DNA from: an uncultured delta proteobacterium
Lineage (GTDB): Bacteria; Myxococcota_A; Polyangia; Polyangiales; Houyiibacteriaceae
Direction of reading: 5' to 3'
Length of the DNA: 64,000 bases
Assembly: GCA_963842915.1 (NCBI GenBank)
Contig: CAWJII010000013.1
Span: 412,079 to 476,078 of the forward strand
The notes under the pieces were generated by a model. It searched no databases and was not told the DNA's origin. It saw only the letters and a program-made list of their open reading frames with translations. Below are positions 56,947 through 64,000 of this stretch, one piece after another. A program made the position numbers and the translations under genes. How positions within the stretch are numbered: the stretch's first letter is position 1; each line of letters opens with the position of its first letter.

Positions 56947-58235
56947 ATGAAAGGCAAAGCGGAGCAGCGGCCGAACGCTGGAGACCGGGTCAGCTTTGAG
57001 GTCGAATCGCTTCTGCCTTCAGGCGAAGGGGTTTCAGGGCGCACTCGAATCGCGGGGGCCTTTGCTGGGGAACGGGTCGTGGCGCGCATCGAGCACGTGG
57101 GCAAGCACGCCACCTTTGCGACGACTCTGGAAGTGGAACGTGGACGCCCGGGGCGGCGATTGCCTCCTTGTGAGCGTCACGTGGATACCAAGGACGGACG
57201 CTGCACCGGCTGCGCGCTGATGGCGCTTGGTGAGCCTGACCAGCGAGCGCTTCTTCGAGAGATGTTGCTCGCGCAGCATGGGCTCGAGGTGGGTGAAGTC
57301 GTCGCTGCTCCGGAGTCGCTTGGCTATCGCCGCAGTGCGAAGCGGATTGCGTTTGGCGGACCCGGTAAATTGCGACTCGGCAGTTTCATGCGGGGGACGA
57401 ACCGGCCGGCGGACATGAGGGCCTGCCTGGTCGACCATCCGCTGATTGCCGCGGCTGCCGATGAGCTTGCGGATGCCGCGCGAGATCTCGGCATCGCTGC
57501 GCACGACGAGGAACGCAAGCGGCTTGGGGCTTCGCGCGGTTTGGTTGCGCACGAATGGGAAGCAAGTCCTAGCGACGCTGGTCACGAGCGAAGCAAATGA
57601 GGACGAGCTGCTTCGGCTGAGCCCTCGGCTCACGCGCTGCGACGGCGTGGCGGTTAGCTTTCATCGAGACAGCGGGAACGTGCTTGCGGGGCGCGGAGGC
57701 GCGAATCCTTCGGGGGATTGAAGCGCTCGACGTCCACGGCACGCGGGTTGGGCCGCTTGGGTTTTTGCAGCCCAACCCCGAGGTCGCGGAACGGATGTAC
57801 GATGACCTGGTCGACGGCATCGGCGGCGGACGTGTCTTGGACCTCTACGCCGGTTCGGGCGCCACGACGCGACGACTCCGAGCAGTCGCAGCCGAGGTCT
57901 GGCCTTGCGAATCACATCCGGAGGGCGCCAGGAGCCTTGGGTTCGAAGCAGAAACAGCCGAACTGTTCCTTGCACGACAGGCCCAGGCGCCGGATGCGGT
58001 GGTGGCCAACCCGCCTCGGAAGGGGCTCGGCGCTGCGGTGACCAGTGAGCTGCTTCGACTTCGCCCGGCGCGCATTCACGTGATGGCGTGCGGACCGGGG
58101 GGCCTCGCGAAGGACATTGCGGCGCTGGCGGAAGGCTATCGGCTGCAGAGCCTGCGCGCGTACGACACCTTGCCCCAGACGCCGCACGTGGAGCTCATTG
58201 CGAAGCTGGTGCGGATCTCGGATGTAGATCGATGA
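56947..58235 (+). pseudogene. RlmD/RumA-like 23S rRNA (uracil-C5)-methyltransferase, reading frame broken twice (possible assembly error)
   Basis: Three consecutive frames carry one protein. ORF 56911..57600 holds the TRAM-like N-terminus and the Cys cluster CERHVDTKDGRCTGC. ORF 57446..57721 holds GLRAVWLRTNGKQVLATLVT... ORF 57684..58235 holds ...LDLYAGSGA...VVANPPRKGLG...ACGPGGLAKD...LPQTPHVE. The switches sit at GGGG runs 57526-57529 and 57688-57691. The start is uncertain (56911-56947). Confidence 0.8.
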
Positions 58236-58259
58236 GTCACATTGTGATACGACAGACGC

Positions 58260-59837
58260 ATGCATGTATCACGCGACTCTGCGATCCAGCTAAAACCCGA
58301 AGAATATCAAGCCTCTGCCGCGGACTCGTCTCTGCGGCACTGGTTGGCGGCGGTCGATGCTGTCCTGCGGGCCGTCGAGGAGACGGTTTGGCGTTTGCGG
58401 CGTGAAGCTGTGGAGGCTTGCCAGGCCGGGCGCGCGGAGTGGGCAACTTGGGCTGGCGGGTTTCGGGACGGGCAGACCGCGTTGCGGAGCTGGCAGCAGC
58501 AAACGGCGCGCCTCGTCAGCATCGCTTGGGTGCTGACCAAGATCGCTGCGGGTTACCGCCTGCATCTGACTCGGGCGGCGTTCGTGAGCCGGCGGCGCGC
58601 CTCGGCGATGCTCGAGCGGCTACATGCGAAGAGCGCGCAGCGGTTCACCGAGGTCTGCGTCTCGCATGGCGGGGGCTTTCTGAAGGTCGGACAGTTGCTT
58701 TCTTCGCGTCCTGACCTGATGCCCCGGGTTTGGATCGAAGCGCTCAGCGTTCTACAAGACAGCGTCCCTGCTGAAGACGAGGAGCGAATGATTGCGATGC
58801 TCGAGGAAGAGATCGGGGTGTCGCTCGACGAGGCGTTTTGTGATTTCGAAAGGACGCCGATGGCGTCGGCCAGCATCGGTCAGGTCCACCGTGCCGTCCT
58901 GAACGACGAAACCGCCGTCGCGGTCAAGCTGCAGCGCCCTTTGATCGACTCCGTCATCGAGCTCGACATGCAGATCTTGGCGTCGTTTCTGGAAGCGATG
59001 AAGACCTCGCTGCCGCCCGCGGACTACGAAACCATCGTCAGAGAAGTTCGCACGACGATCAGCGCGGAAGTCGACTACGACGCCGAGCGAGCGCACACCT
59101 CCGCGGTCGGAGACTACCTCGCGACCTTGCAGGGGGTCCGCGCGCCCAGACCTGTCGGCCCACATCAGAGCAAGCGCGTGCTCGTGACCGAGTTCGTCGG
59201 CGGTGAAAAGATCACGGCGGTCCTCGACCAACTCGCCGAAGCGCGGGACGCAGGCGAGGAAGGCGCGCATGCCGAGATCTCGCGCCTGGTGAACAAGTTG
59301 ATCGAAGCGTACGCCCGCCAGATGCTGGAGCTCGGTCGCTTTCAAGCCGACCCGCATCCAGGCAACCTCCTCGTCGAGCCTGACGGCACCTTGGTCATCC
59401 TCGATTTCGGATGCACCAAGATCCTCGAGCCCGACGCCCGGCGCGCCTACGCCCAACTGCTCCAGGCCTTCTTCGTGCAGGACACGCAGCGTGTGAGCCA
59501 GATGCTTCAAGAGCTTGGGTTCCGGACCCAAAGCGGTCGACCAGACACCTTGCTCTGGTTCGCGGAGCTGATGCTCGACGAGCTTCGCTCCGAAGGGAGC
59601 GCGCTTCGACAAGGGGTCTCGAGCGCGGAGATGATCGACGAATGGATTGGGCTTCTGCGGGCGGTCGAACAGGATCCGGTGGTGCGTGTGCCGGATCACT
59701 TCGTGATGATCGGCCGCGTCGTCGCCACGCTCGGCGGGCTCATCATGCACTACCGACCGACGATGGAAATTCAGCGGATCATGCTGCCGGCTCTGATGTC
59801 GGCGCTCGCGGCGAACGAGCCGGGGTTGAGTGCATAG
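58260..59837 (+). CDS. ABC1/UbiB family atypical kinase (AarF domain)
   Basis: ...PMASASIGQVHRAVL...VAVKLQRP...ADPHPGNLLVEPDGTLVILDFG... are the ABC1 kinase motifs. Confidence 0.9.
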   Translation: MHVSRDSAIQLKPEEYQASAADSSLRHWLAAVDAVLRAVEETVWRLRREAVEACQAGRAEWATWAGGFRDGQTALRSWQQQTARLVSIAWVLTKIAAGYRLHLTRAAFVSRRRASAMLERLHAKSAQRFTEVCVSHGGGFLKVGQLLSSRPDLMPRVWIEALSVLQDSVPAEDEERMIAMLEEEIGVSLDEAFCDFERTPMASASIGQVHRAVLNDETAVAVKLQRPLIDSVIELDMQILASFLEAMKTSLPPADYETIVREVRTTISAEVDYDAERAHTSAVGDYLATLQGVRAPRPVGPHQSKRVLVTEFVGGEKITAVLDQLAEARDAGEEGAHAEISRLVNKLIEAYARQMLELGRFQADPHPGNLLVEPDGTLVILDFGCTKILEPDARRAYAQLLQAFFVQDTQRVSQMLQELGFRTQSGRPDTLLWFAELMLDELRSEGSALRQGVSSAEMIDEWIGLLRAVEQDPVVRVPDHFVMIGRVVATLGGLIMHYRPTMEIQRIMLPALMSALAANEPGLSA

Positions 59838-59863
59838 CTCGACCATGGCAAAAGACTGATGCG

Positions 59864-60778
59864 ATGGAGCAGAAGGAGCTGACAATCCATGGCAAGCGCC
59901 TGACCTATCGACTTGCCGGCAAAGGCCCGCTGCTGCTTCTGATTCACGGCATGGCCGGCAGCGCCTCGACTTGGAAGCAGGTCATGCCGGCGCTGAGCGA
60001 GCACTTCACCGTGCTAGCCCCGGACCTCTTTGGGCATGGCGAGTCGGATAAGACCAAGGGCGACTACTCACTTGGCGCCATGGCATCCGTCCTGCGCGAC
60101 CTAGTCGTGGCTTTGGGATTCAAGCGCGCCACGGTGGTCGGGCAGTCGTACGGGGGCGGGATCGCGATGCAGTTCGCGTACCAGTACCCGGAGCGCTGCG
60201 AGCGATTGGTGCTCGTCGATGCGGGCGGGCTCGGCATCGAGGTCAATCCGCTACTTCGGATGCTGACCCTGCCCGGGTCCGAAGCCGTGCTGCTCGTCGC
60301 CTGCGCGCCGCCCGTTCGTCGCATCGTCGAAACGATCGGCCGGATCGCGTTCCGCAAGAAACTCGATGATGCGATGGTGATTCCCGAGCTTTGGCGCAGT
60401 TATTCGTCGCTCGGGAACGTCGAGGCGCGCCGCGCGTTTTTGCGCACCCTGCGCGCTGTGATCGACCCACGCGGGCAATCGGTGAGCGCGAACGACAAGC
60501 TCTACCTTGCGGCTGGGATGCCCACCCTCATCATTTGGGGCGACAACGATCGAGTCATTCCCGTCGAACACGCTTACGCAGCGCACGCGGCGATCCCAGG
60601 GAGTTGGCTCGAAATCATCGAAGGCGTCGGGCACTACGTGCACTGCGAGGCCCCCGAGCGCTTCGTCACCGCGCTCATCGAGTTCATCGAGTCGACTCGG
60701 CCCGCCCGAATCAAGGTCTCGCGAAAACGAATCCTTCGACCGCCACCAGGCTATCCGTCGGCGGATCCGAGCGACTGA
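59864..60778 (+). CDS. Alpha/beta hydrolase
   Basis: Track ORF 59411..60778 trimmed to MEQKELTIHGKRLTY... It has LLLIHGMAGS, nucleophile GQSYGG and a C-terminal GVGHYVH. Confidence 0.85.
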   Translation: MEQKELTIHGKRLTYRLAGKGPLLLLIHGMAGSASTWKQVMPALSEHFTVLAPDLFGHGESDKTKGDYSLGAMASVLRDLVVALGFKRATVVGQSYGGGIAMQFAYQYPERCERLVLVDAGGLGIEVNPLLRMLTLPGSEAVLLVACAPPVRRIVETIGRIAFRKKLDDAMVIPELWRSYSSLGNVEARRAFLRTLRAVIDPRGQSVSANDKLYLAAGMPTLIIWGDNDRVIPVEHAYAAHAAIPGSWLEIIEGVGHYVHCEAPERFVTALIEFIESTRPARIKVSRKRILRPPPGYPSADPSD

Positions 60779-60815
60779 CTCGGGTACTGGTGAGATGGGT
60801 CGGTCGGCTGTCGCT

Positions 60816-62061
60816 CTACTGAACGGCGCTCTCGCACATGAGCTCGTCATAGGCGTCGCAGTCGAGGGCGCAGACTTGGTACTTCCCTTCGCAGGTGCCT
60901 TCGTAGTAGCTCTCGAGCGGGACCGAGTCGTCGAGCACGCTCTCGATGAAGTCTTTGTAGGTGACGGTTCCCTCGTCCGTTTCGATGTCCGTGCCGGACC
61001 AAGTGGCCGCTGAGGGGTCGTCTTGAAACGCGCTGATGAACGCCAGCTCGGAGCCGCCTACGTCTTCTAGTCCGGTGACGGTGAGGCAGTGGCTCGTGTT
61101 CGTGTTTCGGTAGTACGGCATGTAGACACGGCGACGGTGAAGTTGTAGTCGCGTTCGAAGATGGAGATATCGAGAGGCGATGATCGTTCGGGAAGAGCTC
61201 TGAAACCACGGCGTTCACCTCGCCGAAGTCCTCGGTGATTCGATCTGCGCCCATCGGCAAAGACTGAATCAGGGTATCGACGCCCCAAAGCGGTCGGACC
61301 GCGGTGAGGCCGAGCTGGTTGCTCGGGTCTCCGCTCGGCAAGGTGTTGGGTACGACCGGACCGCTGTCAGCGAGCAGATAGCTCTGCTCTACGCCTTTGA
61401 TGCCATTGCGGATGAAGGGGTAGTTGTTGAGGGAACCCACGCCGCCTGCGCTGCAACCTCCGACCATCATTTTGGGAACGGTCGCGAACATCTGATTGAG
61501 CTCTTCGATGACGAGCAACATGTTTTGGTGGCCCATGTGATGGAACTCGACGTCGGGGCCGACACCGTCCGGATCGACGTAGGTCTGCACCCTGCTGCCA
61601 AGGTATGTGTCGCCGGTGCAGTAGGGGATGAAGACCCTGTTCCAATCGCCCATGGGGTTGATGTCAGTGTTCGACGAAAGCAGCGGGTAGGAGAGCTCGA
61701 CCGGCACATCACCGTTGATGACACCCAGCGGTTCGGTGGCAGCGCTCAGTGGCTCGAGCGCATCCAAGTGAAGGTAGACGGCTGGATAGTTGTCGCGGAT
61801 GCATTCGGTGCCTGCCGGCTCTTTGATGCAATCGGTGTTGAACGGGCCCCCGCTCGCGCAGCTCTCGTAGTTGCTGCAGGCGCCGCCGCCCTCGAGGAAG
61901 ATGATGAGGTTGCTCGAGGTTTCGGAGAAGTTGACGAAGTACTTGTACTGCGAGCCGTTGGCGCAGACCGCGCCCTCGGGCTCGAACTTCAGCCATTCGC
62001 CGTAGGCCTCTGGCACGAAGGGGTCGTCCGGACCGCAGCCCAGCGCTCCGAGTAGAAGCAA
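60816..62061 (-). pseudogene. Pectin-acetylesterase/Notum-like (PAE family) lipoprotein hydrolase, reading frame broken twice (possible assembly error)
   Basis: ORF 60847..62061 is family-like up to ...VSELFPNDHR (FLEGGGAC, IPYCTGD, GGCSAGG) and then becomes Arg-rich nonsense. The protein continues as ...PLDISIFERDYNFTVAV in ORF 61067..61288, and then as MPYYRNTNTSHCLTVTG...CESAVQ in ORF 60816..61121. Confidence 0.7.
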
Positions 62062-62120
62062 GGGAGGGTTGACCCTTTCGACGTTGTGGGTAGCGAGGAT
62101 CGAGGACGTGGGCGGCCGCT

Positions 62121-63110
62121 CTATACGGAACGATTTCGCGTCGCGGGCAGCGACGGGACCTCACGGGTGACGTCTACCATGAGCTCACGGAGCCAGCGCT
62201 GGGCTGGGTCTTCGGTGAAGCGGGGGTGCCAGATCATGGTGATGGCGTGTTCGGGGATGTCGAGGGGCGCGGGGCGGGACAGCAAGGTCGATGCGGTGGA
62301 GCACTTGCCGAGGCTCGACGGGGCGGTGAGGACCAGGTCGCTTTGGGCGATGACTTCGAGGGCGGTGGCGAAGTGGGGGACGCGGAGGGCGATGCGGCGT
62401 TGCAGGCCTCGTTGGTGAAGGACGCGGTCGACGACGCCGGGGCCTTCGCCGCCCGGTGAGACGAGGATGTGATTGAGCTGAGCGTAGGCTTTGAGTGTGA
62501 GCTTGCGGCGGCCGGTGATCACGGGGTGGTCGTTTCGGACGAAGCATCGGAAGTTGTCGCGGAAGAGTGTGCGGCTTTGGAGCTCGGGGTCGACTTGGGT
62601 GCCGAGGTCGAAGGGTTGGGGGTCGAGGAGCACTGGATAGATCGCGAGGTCGACGTCGCCGGTCTCGAGGGTGTCGGCTAAGCGCTTTGGCATGGGGACG
62701 ACTGCGAGGTCGATCGACGGTGCTTGCCGGCCGAGGTGTTGGAGGAGCGTCGGTAAGACCAGGGTGTCGAACAGGTCGGGGGACACGATGCGGAAGGTGC
62801 GGCTTGCGTGCTCGGGTGCGAAGGGTTGCGGTTCGGCGAGGGTGCGCGCGAGGCTGACCAGGCCACTGCGTAGCGGGACCGCGAGGGCTTCGGCGCGCGG
62901 GGTGAGGACCATGCCGCCTCGGCCTCGGACCAAGAGCGGGTCGTCGAAGAGCTCGCGGAGGCGGCGGAGGGTGTGGCTCATGGCGGACTGGGTGACGCCT
63001 GCGCGTTCGGCGGCCTTGGTGACGCTGCGCTCGCGCGTCAGGGCGTCGAGGGCGACCAGGAGGTTCAGGTCGATGCGGTGCAGGTCGGAGGCGGCATGAG
63101 TGCTGCTCAT
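62121..63110 (-). CDS. LysR family transcriptional regulator
   Basis: HTH region ...IDLNLLVALDALTRERSVTKAAERAGVTQSAMSHTLRRLRE... followed by a LysR substrate-binding domain. The start is trimmed to ATG 63110. Confidence 0.9.
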   Translation of the reverse strand: MSSTHAASDLHRIDLNLLVALDALTRERSVTKAAERAGVTQSAMSHTLRRLRELFDDPLLVRGRGGMVLTPRAEALAVPLRSGLVSLARTLAEPQPFAPEHASRTFRIVSPDLFDTLVLPTLLQHLGRQAPSIDLAVVPMPKRLADTLETGDVDLAIYPVLLDPQPFDLGTQVDPELQSRTLFRDNFRCFVRNDHPVITGRRKLTLKAYAQLNHILVSPGGEGPGVVDRVLHQRGLQRRIALRVPHFATALEVIAQSDLVLTAPSSLGKCSTASTLLSRPAPLDIPEHAITMIWHPRFTEDPAQRWLRELMVDVTREVPSLPATRNRSV

Positions 63111-63184
63111 GCCCACATGGAAGCAAGTCATTGGATTCATGTCAACGAGGGCCGCAGAGTGAGAGCTGCCACAAGGAGGCAGTC

Positions 63185-63955
63185 ATGGAAAAAGCACAGA
63201 ATGTATTGGTTGTTGGAGCTACGGGCGGCACGGGACGGGCGACCGTCGAGGCGCTGCTGAAGCGCGGGCACAGGGTGACGGCGTTTTCGCGGCATGCGGA
63301 TTCGCTCGAGATCGATTCGGACCGGGTGACGCTGTTGAACGGCGACGCGACCAATCCGGACGATGTCGAGCGGGCGGTGGCTGGGCAGGATGCGGTGATC
63401 GTCACGCTTGGGATCACGGAGAACCCGATGCGGGTGCGCTTGTTTGGCGCGGCGCGGACGCCGGACGACGTGCGGTCGTCAGGGACGCGAAATGTGATCG
63501 CGGCGATGCGGAAGCACGGTGTGCGTCGGCTCGTCGTGCAGTCGTCTTACGGTGTTGGAGAGACGCGCGGCAGCTTGCGCTGGATCGAGCGTTTGTTCTT
63601 CGGCTTGCTGTTGAAGCCGCAGATCGCGGACACCGAAGTGCAGGAGCTCGTCGTGCGGGAGAGCGGTGTCGACTGGGTGTTGGCGCAGCCGGTGCATCTG
63701 ACCGATGACGACAGTGACGCGATGCCGTTTGCTTCGGCGGATGGAGAGGTGCGCGAGTGGAAGATTTCGCGCAAGGATGTCGGTCGTTTCTTGGCGCATG
63801 CAGCGCAGGTGGCGGAGTACCTGGGGCGGTCGGTGGCCTTGTCGGGAGCGGGGGTGGGCGGCGGCTTGATGAGGATGCGTGGGTGGGACGGGGCGCCGCG
63901 CATGTTGTGCACCTCGTTGCCACAAGCGCAAACTGTGCGCGCCGGACCGCGTTGA
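63185..63955 (+). CDS. NAD(P)-binding Rossmann protein (NmrA/BVR-B-like SDR)
   Basis: Trimmed to MEKAQNVLVVGATGGTGRATVEALLKRGHRV... It is divergent from the LysR gene. The last 35 aa or so look low-complexity and may be read-through. Confidence 0.85.
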   Translation: MEKAQNVLVVGATGGTGRATVEALLKRGHRVTAFSRHADSLEIDSDRVTLLNGDATNPDDVERAVAGQDAVIVTLGITENPMRVRLFGAARTPDDVRSSGTRNVIAAMRKHGVRRLVVQSSYGVGETRGSLRWIERLFFGLLLKPQIADTEVQELVVRESGVDWVLAQPVHLTDDDSDAMPFASADGEVREWKISRKDVGRFLAHAAQVAEYLGRSVALSGAGVGGGLMRMRGWDGAPRMLCTSLPQAQTVRAGPR

Positions 63956-64000
63956 ATCCCCCTGCTTTGCCTTCGATCCGCTTGGCATACCCCTTGCGTG

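Overview
GC-rich bacterial chromosomal segment (GC not computed). It is densely coding with about 55 protein genes. I recognised no rRNA, tRNA, CRISPR array, transposase, integrase or phage genes by eye. All family calls come from reading the supplied translations against remembered family motifs; no database search was run.

Gene content is mostly housekeeping:
- Core functions: glmS, argJ, secA, argS, fur, tag, msrAB.
- Pentose-phosphate operon gnd-zwf-pgl.
- Direct-sulfhydrylation methionine genes, a metX-metW fusion plus metY.
- A MacAB-like ABC efflux trio, ygiQ, a UbiB/ABC1 kinase, a SulP permease, acyl-CoA dehydrogenases and several alpha/beta hydrolases.

The two sigma-54-type promoter matches, a secreted cysteine-rich repeat protein and the high GC suggest a Myxococcota-like organism. 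That is inference only.

Observations most worth a second look:
1. A full-consensus sigma-54 promoter and a strand-specific terminator hairpin delimit a non-coding unit of about 180 nt in a long, less GC-rich intergenic gap (4353-4879). This is a candidate sigma-54-dependent sRNA.
2. A second full-consensus sigma-54 promoter sits directly upstream of a modular secreted protein of about 15% Cys (45838-46991).
3. An orphan radical SAM/SPASM enzyme is start/stop-overlapped with a small HExxH membrane protein, and no precursor peptide is evident (29019-30595).
4. A P450 / truncated-hemoglobin / CxxHxxC-ferredoxin operon lies behind an AT-rich promoter that carries two adjacent perfect palindromes and a hairpin covering the Shine-Dalgarno (24125-26040).
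5. Six reading-frame breaks fall in four conserved genes: gpmI, gnd, an RlmD-like rRNA methyltransferase and a pectin-acetylesterase-like gene. All sit at short G/C runs. This looks more like homopolymer indel error in the assembly than biology, but it needs read-level confirmation.
6. A gluconolactonase gene relic abuts the ABC operon.

I did not find a clear multi-gene novel system such as a defence island. The items above are candidates, not demonstrations.
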